Positions 48,161 through 62,244 are shown, counted from the whole stretch's first letter. The stretch is DNA of 62,892 bases, filler included, from Octopus bimaculoides (GCF_001194135.2; 7 parts of 7 records of this genome joined end to end with filler, not necessarily neighbours in it), one strand, 5' to 3'. Numbers and translations: made by a program. The notes: generated by a model not told the origin, from the letters alone.

Positions 48161-48260
48161 NNNNNNNNNNNNNNNNNNNNNNNNNNNNNNNNNNNNNNNN
48201 NNNNTTAATTAATTAANNNNNNNNNNNNNNNNNNNNNNNNNNNNNNNNNNNNNNNNNNNN
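48161..48260. other. Assembly join with TTAATTAATTAA linker
   Basis: 44 N + 12-mer + 44 N. Confidence 0.95.
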
Positions 48261-51114
48261 ATATACATATATTTAAAATTATGAATATATATTTAAAATT
48301 ATAACTTCGGGTAAATCTAAACTGTAAATCTATACAAACAGCAAAGGTTCAATAACGTATCTACCAGAGATTCCAAGTCAGTTTATCGAAGCTTCATTGC
48401 TAAAGACTCCATTTCTGTAAAAACTAAGGACTAATGGAGATCTGTATGGGAAATGAATGATGAATTCTACAAATAAATTGCATGGCTGATAAAACTAGAG
48501 CAGGATTACTACCAGCATGTCCAGCAATAATAATATGAAATAGAAATATTTAAAACGTATAAAATTTCTGTTTTCGTCTGAAGACCTAAAAATCTTAACA
48601 CAACCTCTACACGCTTACATCTAAATATTTCACATTGGTTTAGAAAGTTCGAAGCAACGACTGACAACTTTGACAATGTCTTGAAATGAAATGAATGGTT
48701 CTTAAATATACATATAACACTATTATAAAAATGTCCATATTAAAACGCATATACTAACACACACGTAGACTTGTTTTTAGATGTGAGTGCATGAATGTGT
48801 GTGTGTGTGCATCTGTGTGCATTGATTTCTGTGTATTAATTTTTGTACATATTCTGTTATAAGTCTCTTTGTTTAAGCCTCTATGTATAGAGATATCGTA
48901 TTTTAGTAGCTGGCATATGCATTAGGAATTAGATTTAACCATCATAAACCTATGTTTCTGCACAATTGTACTAACATATCAGAATGTGTCGGTTTTCAAC
49001 AGACATTTTCACAAAATAAAAGTCAACATAATTCCCATTAATATAATTGTGAATGATCAGTTGTTACAAAAATCCTACAGATCTTGCCTTGTAGGTTATA
49101 TTAAATTTATCTGATGAGGTTTAAGTGTTCTAAATATCATATGCTCATGCAATTGCCTTTGTTTCCTCTTAATATACAAATTTAGTTTATCATATTTACA
49201 AAATAATACGGTTTTAAGAGGCATTTATATAGCCATCAAAGGATTTAGTATATAGGAACTGAATATAAAAAAAAGAAAAGTTATTCCTATTTCAACGTAT
49301 TCCAAGAAAAGTTATACACAATATTAGTTTCTCAAGTTTCATGTTTACATGAGCGTGTGCGCGTTTATGTGTATGTGCGCGTATAAGAGAGTGTGTGTGT
49401 TTGTGTGAGAGAGTATTTGCGTTTAATTGTGTATCGCATGGTATCAATTTTTTTTTATTATAAACATTTTACTTTAAGGTGAACTCAGAAATTCTGAACA
49501 AATATCTCGAACGTAATTTGTTCATTTTTTGATATGACGTTACAATAACAATATATGGTATATCAGAAACAATATGTGCTGCAAACTATTGGTTTTAAAT
49601 GTTTATTCATTTAGCATTTTGCTTAATATACGCTTTCATTATCCTCTCCAGTAAAAAGTTTATACCTATCTTTAGACACACAGACACACAGACACACAGA
49701 CACACATACACACACACGCACACACACACACAAACACACACACACATACATATACACACACACGCACTCACATATTAAAATAAGCGAACAATAACATTCA
49801 TAATAACAAACAGCAATAGGATGTGCACAACAAAAGTCTTAGTTTCACGTTCACTAGAAGCAGAGAACTGTCGCACTTTCGAGCCTAGCTCTTTGTCAGA
49901 AAGAGAAAAGAGAAAAGTGGAAAGAAGCAAAATTACCAACGGCATGTGTGCATTGTTTATATATATTTACATATACACACGCTAATACACAACTTATAAT
50001 ACCCAATCCTGTTCGTACAACGATTGGGGCAAACTAATCGGTATACAGCACTTACTCGGTATTACTTGTATCCACCGGGGTTTGGTTAAATCCAATACCC
50101 TCCTCAACCTTATATATATATNNNNNNNNNNNNNNNNNNNATATATACATATATTTACAATTATGAATATATATTTAAAATTATAATTTCGGGTATCTAA
50201 GAGACACCGCCACGCTGAAAATAGCAGTCAAATCTTTATTCAGTCAAATTAAGGATATTCCACATATTTGTCTCAGTTAATTTAGAAACACAGGAACCAA
50301 ACTCTTGCAAGCCTTTCAGCAACAGAAAATATACATGGAGAAATGCTTTGCAAAGCAATAGGCGTTGTGTAACTGAAACGAATCCAGAAGCAACCTGCAT
50401 AACTGAACCAGAGAGCTTATCTAAGTATTGTAAGCAAAGATGAGGATTTCAGTAATTTGCGACAACTTCGGAAATTAATTGTTATGTTTGAAATAACACT
50501 TGGCATATTTGCTTCACTTTATGCCACTTTAATACAAGACTAGACGCCTTTGAATATGTAACAAATCATTTCAAGGAGCATGACACAATGTGGAACGCGC
50601 TCCAAAGTGTCCGCAAAGATATCATTGATTTGCAATTTCCAGATCGATGATATGTGAAATATGGATTTTAAAATATCAACTGCATTCTTGCAAAAATTCG
50701 TAAATTATTAGATTTTAGATAATCATTAGCTTAATTCATTTGGTTATTGTTTCAACTTAATTTCTCCCGCTACTCAACTGAATCTGGATGCTCTATCTTC
50801 AGCAGCATAATATATTCATAAAATAATAATGCGTAAAAGACTCGAACATAGTATTACAGACAACAGTCGTTAATATAACTGAATAATGTTTCCATATTCC
50901 TTAAATCTACCTCGATGCTATTGTAACTACTATTTATTTCTAATTCGTTCTTTCTGTGAGTTACTGAGTGTTTTATAGGCCTTAAGCGCTGCAATGATAT
51001 ATCCCTAGGGTTCCTTATATTTCTATATTTATACTATATATATTTGATAATGGGTGTGCGGTTGAGAACCGTTTTCAAGTGAAATTTATATAAAATTTTC
51101 ATTTTCAAATTTTT

Positions 51115-51310
51115 GAGATAAGTACAACAATTTCAGGGCATGGCACAGGGTGATTGCATTGGCCCCAGTGTTAAAATGGTGCTTATCTTATTGACCTGGC
51201 ATTATGACAGTCAAAGTCGACCTCAACAGAACTTAATTCAGAATATAAAGATGGACGAAATGACGCCATGAATTTGTTCGGTGTGCTAAACACTCTGACT
51301 GTTCGCCACT
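51115..51310 (-). mobile_element. Degraded family 'A' SINE
   Basis: CCCCAGTGTTAAAATGGTGCTT...CAAAGTCGACCTC...ATGGACGAAATG...GTGTGCTAA. Confidence 0.7.
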
Positions 51311-51559
51311 TTATATTTATATAAAATCATTAATTTTGTATGTATTATATGGTCTTAATGTATGAACCTGATAACGTCGTGTGTTCTTACGAAGTACTTC
51401 ATGCTACATGAAAATTAGTACGTCTTGAACCGAATTTATAAATCTGTTTTGAGTACGATACTTTCATCATATTATTGTCTTACTATTACAATACATATAT
51501 ATAGAGAGAGGTTTATGGCATATTTTTATACACAACTTCTTTCAATTGATACATACATA

Positions 51560-53585
51560 GTCAAAGCCATGTCTGACCCGATTTCATCTTGCGGCACCAT
51601 CTTGAAATTAAACACAAAGAGTGGCTGTATAATCACCGATAGAATATAATATCGCACAGGCATATTCCAAGGAGACAGCCTCTCTGTGATGTTGTTTATA
51701 CTTTCTATAAACACCTTGTCATTCATGTTAAGGAAGTCTGAAGAATATCTTACTGGTTCTCAAGGAAACAGAAATACCAAAATTACACACTTTTTCTTTG
51801 TAGATGAATTAAAACTTTATGTAAAGAATATGCATGCGATGAAGAAGAGCCTTGACTTAGTTACAACATTCTGAAACGATGTAGGTTAGAATTTGATCAG
51901 GATAAATGTGGTATGGTTGTGAAAAGTGAGAAAACTATAAACCAGACTAGTAGCATCTCCGTCAATGATATGAAAATATATCTTACAGTGGCACGTCTAA
52001 CAAAACACATGCCACTAAAGAATATTACAGCCGAATAAAGAAAATTTGACCTCAGAACTCTCTGAATTCAATAAAGCAGTGGCCCACAATGTGTTTTCAG
52101 TGCACGTACTCATACCAAAATTTGAGCTGCTTGATTGGACGCTTGATGAGATCCGGGCCATTGATGTGAAACTCCGAAAAATACTAACAAGCACTTATAA
52201 TTTCCATATTAACAGTGATGTAGACCGCCTCTACCTAAAACGTAAACAAGGTGGCATAGGCTTAGCATCGATTGAAAATGCCTTTGAATATCGCATCATA
52301 TCTCTTCGGCAACATCTTTTAAACACTAAGCATCGAAGTGAATCATTGACTAAGTTTGCATACCTGATCCTGATAACATCATAAGGCTTAGAAGGCGGCT
52401 CCTTAAACAACACACTTTGTCTGATAACCAAGTATAAAAGTCCAAATATGTCACATGACTCCACGGCAAAATATCCTCAGGTGAAAGGATGAGCCTATAT
52501 GAACTGAAGATTATGCATGGATATGTTAGTAGAAAGCTCCGTGATAATACTAACATCGAACATCAAAACAGTTTATCGTGGACAAATAGCCGGATTATTA
52601 CCTCCCACTTTGAAAGGTATGCGTTTGCAATTCAGGAACAGGAAATATCAACCAAGTACCTGATGCACAAAAGGAATAGAGATGCGGGAAAAGATGTAAA
52701 ATGTGACAACAGATGCAAGCTTTGTGGAGTTCACTTCCAATATATCACACACATCTTAAGCAGTTGTCCTAAAATGTCATCACGGTATTATCTACTGATA
52801 AGACATGACGTTGTAGCTAGGACACTCTATAATGAAATCCGTCAGAAGGATAATCTGTAGGATGACAAAGAATTAAAAACCACAATATGTTAGAAACCAC
52901 AGCCACTTATAATAGGAAGGAATACTGGTGGAATTTACTGGTGAAGACCTCAATAATGATTTGGAATAGAGAAGAGAAACTGTGCACCATTGTGGAAATT
53001 AGCTGCCCAATTGATGTTAACATGTAACTGAAGATCAGTGAAAAAGAGAACACTTGAACTATTGAGAAATCTGCAGTTACTCCATCCAGATTCCAAATTC
53101 AAGTTTATACCTGTAATTTTTCGGGTCCTGGGATATGTAGCACACTGCCTAAATAACAACCTGGAGAAATTACACTTCTCAAAACCAGAAAGGAGAAAGC
53201 TAATTCGATTCGAAGGGTACAGATCCAATCTGTCACTCGAACTATAACATGCCTGTAAAACTTTCCAGAAGTTTATAATTTAAATATATATAAGCATGTC
53301 TAGATATGTAACGTTATGCATGAGAATACATATATAAAACGTACAACACTGCACATACATACATACATACATACAAACATACATACTTAAACACATACAT
53401 ACGTACGAACATATATACATACATATATACATACATGCATACATACATACATACATACATACATACATACATGTATACATACATACATACAAAATTACCC
53501 TGTTGTTGATGTTGAAATTCCAATGAAGGAACCTTGAATTTAGGTTAGAAATCTTGAAATAAACTGAATAATGTCATACATACAT
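51560..53585 (+). mobile_element. 5'-truncated R4/Dong-like non-LTR retrotransposon (RT, CCHC knuckle, RLE, 3' UTR), pseudogenised
   Basis: GIFQGDSLSVMLFILSIN and HFFFVDELKLY (RT motifs), HINSDVDRLYLKRKQGGIGL, CKLCG....THILSSC (zinc knuckle) and FIPVIFRVLG. Many stops and frameshifts. Ends in (CATA)n. Confidence 0.9.
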
Positions 53586-53804
53586 AAATATATACATAGT
53601 TACATAGATACATGAATACAAACACACACACACACACAAACACACACACAAACACACACACACACACATACACACACACACACACACAAATATGCTTAAT
53701 ATGAGAATGAGAAACGTTAACATAGACGAATGTAAATTCACGTTGCTGGTGTAAGTTTGCTATTCGTAAAAAAATGTATTTCAGACACAACCACATGGTT
53801 TATG

Positions 53805-53904
53805 NNNNNNNNNNNNNNNNNNNNNNNNNNNNNNNNNNNNNNNNNNNNTTAATTAATTAANNNNNNNNNNNNNNNNNNNNNNNNNNNNNNNNNNNNNNNN
53901 NNNN
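53805..53904. other. Assembly join with TTAATTAATTAA linker
   Basis: 44 N + 12-mer + 44 N. Confidence 0.95.
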
Positions 53905-53984
53905 CGCCCCCCCTCGAAAAGAAAAACTCTACATTTGTATTTTGTCCCCTGTATGTTGAGCCCTGTGTGGCTAATAAAGAAACA

Positions 53985-54031
<47 letters not shown>

Positions 54032-54360
54032 TTATATACGCGCGCACACACGCACACACGCGCGCACGCGTGCACACACGCACACACGCGCGCACGCGTG
54101 CACACACATACACAAAGATAAATACATGTTTATATATAAAGATATGCATTTATATACGCGCGCGCACACACACACACATGAACTAAGTAGACTGTCCAGG
54201 TTGACCGTTTAGATTATGCCTTATAACGGTGGCATTGCATAACATACTGCAATCTTCCACAAGTAGGTGAATGGATATATATTTCTCATGCTCTCTTTGC
54301 CTTCTCTCTCTCTCGCTCTCCCTCTTTCGCACTCTATCTCTCTATCTACATATTTATCTC

Positions 54361-54463
<103 letters not shown>

Positions 54464-54689
54464 CACATACATAAATATCCCTATTGATAGGAAATAGAGC
54501 GGAGGTGATCAAAGTATGAGAAGAAGGATCTAGAAAGGTGGTTCCTGGGATAGATAATGAGAAAAAGAGCTTGCAATGTAAGATGAAGTTATTTTGAAGT
54601 TATATGCAAGCACTTAACTCCCTAATGCATAAAACTATCCATACTCCTTATTATCTTAGTATTCTGTTGTTCTAATATAGCACACTTTT

Positions 54690-55600
54690 GATGCGATGTT
54701 CCTCTACCCTTATTTAGAGGGGGCGACATGTTTCGCCTTTGTTTAACCTACCTCAGCTGCATGGGATGGAGTACACGCAGTTTTAGTCATATTGTCTTCT
54801 ATTGGTGGTTTTACCCGAAGGAGATATTTGTGAAGTGTTGTATTTCTTTTGAATACTATCCTGATGTCATATGGGACTCATATTTTTTGTATCTTTTCGG
54901 AGAGCCCTTCAACATAGGGTAGATAGACTATAGACTATAGACAGCTAATTAGTTTCGTCCTCTCTTTTCTTCATAATTGGAGTAGATAGTATGTTTTTGG
55001 GGTAGTTGTTGCTTAATAGATTGTTACTGAGCTTGATCATTTCTTCGTGGTGGGTATCACGATCGCTACTTATATTCTTTGCTCGATGCTTTAGGCACTG
55101 AGCAATTCCTCTCTTTACACTGTATGGATGCTCGGAATTGAAGTTGAGGTATCGTTCAGTGAAGGTCGGCTTGCGGTATACGGATGTCCTGAATCCATAG
55201 TTAGAGCGTGTTATTAATACGTCCAAGAATGCGAGCTGATTGTCTTTTTCCTTTTCCATTCTGAACTGTATGGATGGCTTTATTGAGTTCACATGATCTA
55301 ACAGCACTTGGACATCTTCCTGGTGGGGCCANNNNNNNNNNGATCTAACAGCACTTGGACATCTTCCTGGTGGGGCCAGAGAATAAAGGTGTCATCAACA
55401 TATCGCAGCCATATGGTTGGTTTTAGTGGTGTTGATCCTGAAGCCAAATTCTCAAAGTATTCCCTGTATATATTGGCTATTACCGGTGATAATGGCTTAC
55501 CCATAGCTAGACCCTCTTCCTGTCGATATATGTCAGTGTCCATACTGAAAGAGGATTTAGCTATGGGTTCGCCATTATCACCATACTTACTGAGGTAATT
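54690..55600 (-). mobile_element. Penelope/Poseidon-type PLE fragment (RT core, thumb, start of GIY-YIG)
   Basis: YRQEEGLAMGKPLSPVIANIY...WLRYVDDTF, IQFRMEKEKDNQLAFLDVLI...SVYRKPTFTERYLNFNSEHP, and NCVYSIPCS*GR..KGETCRPL. Confidence 0.92.
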
Positions 55601-55670
55601 ACCAGGAGTGCCTCTGGATACTTGTATCCCTTAGAGGGCTTAGCACCTCTAACTTATACCTTATATATAT

Positions 55671-55770
<100 letters not shown>

Positions 55771-55774
55771 CAGC

Positions 55775-55915
55775 TTCTTTCAGTTTCAACTCAGAAGGCT
55801 TTGATCGGCCCGCGGTTACAGCAGAAAACACTGCCATACGCACCACACAGTCGGACAGACACTGGAACTATGTGGTTGGAAAGTAAACATCTCACCACAC
55901 AGCCACACCTTCGCC
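55775..55915 (-). mobile_element. 5' half of family 'B' SINE after a long (CA)n
   Basis: GGCTTTGATCGGCCCG...GAACTATGTGGTTGGAAAG....TCTCACCACACAGCCACACCT. Confidence 0.75.
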
Positions 55916-56419
55916 ATACACACACACACACACAGAGATTGATTGATTGATAGAGATATAGCGTGCAGCGCGTAGCAACATGCTACAATACATTTCACTA
56001 AAAAATGCACCAAAACAAAGAGTATATCTAAGGAATTCTTGCTAATAGAGAGATATAAGCGAAAATAGATACACAAATACAACATAAACAAAATTAAATA
56101 CGAAAACAACCGAAGTTAACTACAGAATAATTTTTAAATCAGACGTTAAATAAAATGAAAGAAAAAAAGGAGATCTCAGCACTCCTATGATCCCTTATGA
56201 CGAAATGAAAAGTAGGCAGGAACACGCCATTCTACAATTATTTCATGTCGGAGATAAAGCCATGATGGCTTTGAAACGTTAATGGACAAATGGATGTAGG
56301 AATGTTTTTGTTTCAAACTGAATATAAGGGACTAAATAAGAAAATAGAAAATTCATTATTATTAAAGATCAAATTCGAACATAGTCATGCTTTTAATATA
56401 ACGTATGAAAAAAGTTCAA

Positions 56420-56548
<129 letters not shown>

Positions 56549-56604
56549 TGGACGGACGGTAGACGTGTCGGTTCCGTAAGTTTTGCCTTTTTCATGTTTT
56601 AAAA

Positions 56605-56704
56605 NNNNNNNNNNNNNNNNNNNNNNNNNNNNNNNNNNNNNNNNNNNNTTAATTAATTAANNNNNNNNNNNNNNNNNNNNNNNNNNNNNNNNNNNNNNNN
56701 NNNN
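56605..56704. other. Assembly join with TTAATTAATTAA linker
   Basis: 44 N + 12-mer + 44 N. Confidence 0.95.
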
Positions 56705-56744
56705 TATATATATATATATATATATATATATCAAATTACTATGC

Positions 56745-59180
56745 AAGCATTTCCCCTATCCTATTAAATAAGTCCCTGATTTATGCTCGCAACCTCTCCC
56801 TTATAGATAAAGAAAAAATAGAAATCATACTGTTAACTAGGAAAACTATAATAGAATTCGAGGGTAAACTTTGGACCAGGTCGGATACCCCTGATAATTT
56901 CAATGTGGCTTTGGGCTCGAGCGACTCAGCTCAGGTAACTGACTTAGTAGGAGCCTTTCTACTGAAGAGGCTATTCTCAGAGGTACCAGACCTCCAGTGG
57001 TGGGGTTTATACAGAGACGATGCTCTATTCATTTACCCTACCAATAACAAGAGCACCCTAGAAAAAGTTAGGAAAAGATTAGACACTTCTTCAAATCCTT
57101 TAACTTAAAGCTTGAATTTATGACTAACTCTAAGATTGTTAATTTTTTAGATGCTACACTAGACTTAGATGAAGGACTCCACCACCCGTACAGGAAACCA
57201 GAAGAGACCACTAGTTACATTAACACGCTTTCCAATCACCCCCCCCTCTATAATTAACACAACTGTCCAGGCTGTTTCGGACAGACTAACTAAGCTATCC
57301 TCGAATGAAAACATTTTCAAGGAACATGCCCATCATTACAGTCAAGCCCTCTATAACGCTGGGTACTCCCAGAGTATATCATATGTTAATAAGTTTAATT
57401 ATAAACCGCCTAAAGCACCAACCTTGAACATAAACCCACCATGTAATCGAATTAGGAAATATAGAATTAACCCCATGGATGGTGCTATAGAATATAAGTC
57501 GAACAGAAACAAAAAAAAACAGATATAACCAGTACGAATACTAATAGGCATAAGATCGAAAAACATAAAAAGAATAATCATACAGATATTAGCTCACGTG
57601 AAGAAAACCCTAACGATAGGAATGATAATAGAAATAGAATAATTTCGAAGCAAAGTAAAAATAAATTACGCAACTACATATGGTATAACATACCATACAA
57701 TATAGCGGTCACAGGTAGATTATGTAAGAAGATATTCTCGATTATATCAAAGAACTTTCCACCCACTCACAAATATAGCAGTATCTTTTCAACTAAAACT
57801 NNNNNNNNNNNNNNNNNNNNNNNNNNNNNNNNNNNNNNNNNNNNNNNNNNNNNNNNNNNNNNNNNNNNNNNNNNNNNNNNNNNNNNNNNNNNNNNNNNNN
57901 NNNNNNNNNNNNNNNNNNNNNNNNNNNNNNNNNNNNNNNNNNNNNNNNNNNNNNNNNNNNNNNNNNNNNNNNNNNNNNNNNNNNNNNNNNNNNNNNNNNN
58001 NNNNNNNNNNNNNNNNNNNNNNNNNNNNNNNNNNNNNNNNNNNNNNNNNNNNNNNNNNNNNNNNNNNNNNNNNNNNNNNNNNNNNNNNNNNNNNNNNNNN
58101 NNNNNNNNNNNNNNNNNNNNNNNNNNNNNNNNNNNNNNNNNNNNNNNNNNNNNNNNNNNNNNNNNNNNNNNNNNNNNNNNNNNNNNNNNNNNNNNNNNNN
58201 NNNNNNNNNNNNNNNNNNNNNNNNNNNNNNNNNNNTAATAATATTACTAATAGAAATAATACGTATAATACCAATGTTAACGGCAGAACGAATCGAGGTG
58301 AAGTAACTTCGAACAACCCAAATAGAGGTAGCAGCAATAATAATACTATAAGCAGCTACCCCACAAATGTAAGCACAAGACGACCTAACAATTATAAAAT
58401 CGGTTGCAATTGTGTAACACCTTCGACATGTCCCTTACGCGGAAACTGCTTAGCTAAAAACGTAATATACTCCTGCGAAATTATCACGGAAACTAACACC
58501 CTCACCTACCTTGAATGCTCTTCATCCTGGAAATCTAGATTTTATAACCACGGATCTTCGTTTAGACTCAGACATAAGGCTAACAACACCTCATTATCTC
58601 GAAGAATTTGGGAGCTTAAGGACGACAAGATTGATTTTAACCTTAGATGGTCTATTGTTGGATCGGCCCCAACGTATAAAGATAATAGAACTGGTTGCCA
58701 GTTATGCTCCCTTGAACTTTTGAAAATTATTAAATTCCCCGATAAGAATAAGCTAATTAATAAGAGGTCAGATTTCAAACCCTCCTGTATCCATAAAATG
58801 CTGAAAACCTTTAGATATTATAACCCCTAAGTCCTCTCTTTTAGTTAGAAGCACTTCTACACCTTCTCTCATTAACTACTCCCACGTTAGATCCTGCCTA
58901 CCACAACTNNNNNNNNNNCTCATTAACTACTCCCACGTTAGATCCTGCCTACCACAACTCAGACACCAAATTAGCAAGGCCCGTACTCTACCCCTAACCT
59001 AACTATGTACCTTAATAATTTTGTTAACCCTCGAATAGCTGGATTATGACAACATAATAAACACACATTTTTAATAAACCGGATCCATAATCCCAAACCT
59101 ATGGATATAGTTCCACCTTTCAGTCACTGACCTGAAACTCTCCAATGACACTACAATACACAAAAGTGAAACGAAATAAC
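56745..59180 (+). mobile_element. Penelope-like element with YRDD RT and CCHH-type GIY-YIG (Naiad-like), decayed, spanning a gap
   Basis: FNVALGSSDSAQVTDLVG...WGLYRDDAL, NFLDATLDL..G..HPYRKP and YINTLSNHPP. Also GCNCVTPSTCPLRGNCLAKNVIYSCEI...RFYNHGSSFR...LSRRIWELKD....RWSIV..APTY....CQLC. The clade call rests on motif recollection. Confidence 0.85.
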
Positions 59181-59345
59181 ACTAATCAATACTTTTTCTA
59201 TAGTTTTTACTTTTATTTTCTTTATTCGATTATTTTTACATTTTTATTTTTTATCGTATTTTTTATTTTTTATTTTTTACTTTATTTGTTACTTTATTTT
59301 TATATGTATATGTATATTCTTTTATATATATATATATATATATAT

Positions 59346-59445
59346 NNNNNNNNNNNNNNNNNNNNNNNNNNNNNNNNNNNNNNNNNNNNTTAATTAATTA
59401 ANNNNNNNNNNNNNNNNNNNNNNNNNNNNNNNNNNNNNNNNNNNN
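59346..59445. other. Assembly join with TTAATTAATTAA linker
   Basis: 44 N + 12-mer + 44 N. Confidence 0.95.
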
Positions 59446-59523
59446 GCTGAACCGTCAATTCCGACACATTTTTTCTCCGTTCCCCACACCCCCGTTCTAT
59501 CCCCATTTTTTCCCTTCTCAATC

Positions 59524-59559
59524 CTTTCTGTTGAAGAACGTAGGCTCGAAACGTCAAAG
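59524..59559 (+). ncRNA. Putative minimal hammerhead ribozyme, second copy of the 4331-4367 family (repeat spans ~59446-59650)
   Basis: CUUU-CUGUUGA-A-GAAC(GUAG)GCUC-GAAA-CG-UC-AAAG. Same U6 and extra-A core; one stem II mismatch. Confidence 0.5.
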
Positions 59560-59649
59560 ACTTTTCCATTCTTCCTGAGCGTCAAACTAACACACCTGCT
59601 GGTTGTTCCCGCACTTGTCCTTGTGTTTTGTTTCCTGTAAATTTGCACT

Positions 59650-59850
59650 CTGTATGTGTGTGTGTGTGTTTGTCCTCTATCACCGCTTGAGAATCGGTGT
59701 TGGTGTGTTTACGTCCCCGTACCTTAAAGGAAACAGAAAGAAGCCTGTCATATATATGTGTGTGTGCGTACGTGTGCGTATGACTTTTTGTTAGTATATG
59801 TCCCCACCACCGCTTGACAATTTGGTACGCAGCCCACTATTTAGCGCCTT
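59650..59850 (+). mobile_element. Two partial family 'B' SINE bodies
   Basis: TTTGTCCTCTATCACCGCTTGAGAATCGGTGTTGGTGTGTTTACGTCCCCGTACCTT and TGTCCCCACCACCGCTTGACAA. Confidence 0.65.
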
Positions 59851-60733
59851 GGGTGTCGTCAGAAGAGTCCATTCTGTTGCACACATCTATACCAGATCTC
59901 CGATTTCGGGATACAGTTCTCTTTCCTTTCCACCAGTCCCAGAAACCCTACATAAAGTGCCACGGGTATAGCCCTTCCTTCCTTCCTTCCTTCCTTCCTG
60001 TGAAGTGAAGTAGCTGCTAAAAGGATTCGAAGAAACCCCCAGTTTCCAAGACCTTATTCGCAGAAGAACTCCCATCCGCCAACCGAACAACTTATCTTCA
60101 CATTGGTGCCCTGCTTCTCAAGAAAGAATGGTTTATAACGATAAAGTTGAGATTCAAAAGTCTGCGAGACTTTGGTATTATTTTACGAATGTTAGGCCGA
60201 AGTAATTCCAGGATTATTGGAATGGCAAGTTGCTGACTCTCGTTTAATACCATTCTTAATGTGGAATCAATTGTGTTTTAAGTACTGGATGCACGTTACG
60301 GCATAAAGTCGATGGACGTTCCTTCTTCCTTTCTTTCCTTCGTGGCGTATTCTCTTTGTTTCTCTTCTCGCGCTCTTTTGCTAAGAACTTTCATACTTTT
60401 CTCTCTATTCATCTATCTTTCTATCTATCTAACAATGGAACTACTGACCTACATAACTAGCGACCAATACACACACACACACAGACGTGTGTATGTTTGT
60501 ATGCATGCATGTATGTGTGTGTATATATATGTGTGTGTGNNNNNNNNNNNNNNNNNNNNNNNNNNNNNNNNNNNNNNNNNNNNNNNNNNNNNNNNNNNNN
60601 NNNNNNNNNNNNNNNNNNNNNNNNNNNNNNNNNNNNNNNNNNNNNNNNNNNNNNNNNNNNNNNNNNNNNNNNNNNNNNNNNNNNNNNNNNNNNNTAACAA
60701 TGGAACTACTGACCTACATAACTAGCGACCAAT

Positions 60734-60779
<46 letters not shown>

Positions 60780-61544
60780 CTCATTACTCCTATCTCTCTC
60801 TCTCAATCCGTCTCTCCACCTCTCTCGCTATGTGTCGACCTCTCATTCTACCTCTCTCTCTCTCTCTCTCTCTCTCTTTATTTTCCCCCTCCTCGTCTCT
60901 CTACCTCTCTACCTCGCTGTGTCGACCTCTCACTCTACCTCTTTCTCTCTATCTGTCTGTCTGTCTGTCTCTTTCACTCCAAACTTTGCTTTTCCCTTCC
61001 GTTTTCCTCCTTCCTTTCTCTCGCACCTCACTCTCTCCTCTACCTTTCACTCCTTCAACCATCTTATAAATTCCTCTTTCCTCTCACTCTTCCTCCAACC
61101 GCCATTGTCTCCTCATTCCGTTCCGTTTTCCTGTCTTCTATTCGTTCTTAACTTGTCATTATATTTATATTTATCGAATCAGAAAAATCTTATCATCGGA
61201 TCTCGATGAGTGCCAAAAGATTACCAACAGATTAAAATAAAACCTTTAAAACCAAGCGAAACGGGACGTGGAGGATGAGGAGAGGGGACAGGCAGCGGAG
61301 AAGGAGGAAGAAAAGATGATGAAGACGACAAAGAAAAACAAATGAAAATGGAGATGAATACGAAGAAAAAGATGAATTAGAATGAGAGAAAGAATAGCAA
61401 AAACTGAAGAAAAAGAAGGAAACGGACCAGAGAAGGAACGAGATGAAGAAGAGCAATAGAAGGAACCAGAAGAATTCTTAGAATAGAGATAATCATAGGA
61501 GCATCAATAATTCTTCCTGCTGTTGGGACAAAACCTGGAATTAT

Positions 61545-61705
61545 TGTTGTGGTGGGGGTGGGTGGAGGAGTAAGTCAGTTTCATCGATCACCCCAGTGTA
61601 AAACTGGTACTTATTTTATCGGCCCTCAAAAGATGAAAGGCAAAGTCGACCTCAGGCGGAATTTGAACTCAGAACGCGAGAATGGACGAAAGGCCGCTAA
61701 GCGTT
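61545..61705 (-). mobile_element. Family 'A' SINE (partial)
   Basis: CCCCAGTGTAAAACTGGTACTTATTTTATCG...GATGAAAGGCAAAGTCGACCTCAGGCGGAATTTGAACTCAG. Confidence 0.85.
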
Positions 61706-62244
61706 TTAAGAAGAGGAAGGAGACGAGATAGAAGACGATACAGGAAGAAGAAGAAGAAGAGGAATGAAGACAAAAATAAGCAAATGAAAAAGACGGGAAA
61801 GCAATGACAATCGTAGCGTAAAGCAAGAATTATCCAGGAAGACGTATGTTAATCCAGTTCTTCCACTCACCCTGTAAAATCTTGCAGTTTACGTGTTGAA
61901 GAGAGATTAGGATAGACTAAAATCTAAAATGTGTGGATAAAGACGGATTATAGAAAAGCTGTTTTTGAGGGTCTCCGACCGCCTCGCGCCCTCCCCCCCC
62001 TCCACCACGTAATCTAAGGCGTGGCGTAGCGGTCATTTTGAAAGCAGAGATGCTGATAATCATTTTGAGATTATGTTGCATGAATAGAATAGGGCGGTGG
62101 CGGAGGTGGTGATGGGGGAGGAGATGTGTTGAAGGAGGAAGTGTGGAGAAAGTGGGGTGGGTGGCGTGGAGAGAGGGAGGACGAGTTAAGAGGTGGAACA
62201 AACCATTTCTTGTTGCTGAGGTAGCAAGAAATCATATCTTTTAT

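Noticed and set aside
54753-54755. In-frame TGA at a conserved Cys of a PLE (possible selenocysteine)
   Set aside because: The copy has other stops and frameshifts, and no SECIS is visible, so ordinary decay is the simpler explanation.
54724-54757. Minus-strand CUGAGG...GGCGAAACAUGUC looks like a hammerhead with a palindromic stem III
   Set aside because: It is coding sequence of the PLE endonuclease (CS*GR..KGETCRPL), and stems I and II do not pair.
61960-62200. GC/CpG-rich patch as a promoter
   Set aside because: No associated exon or defined motif; evidence is insufficient.
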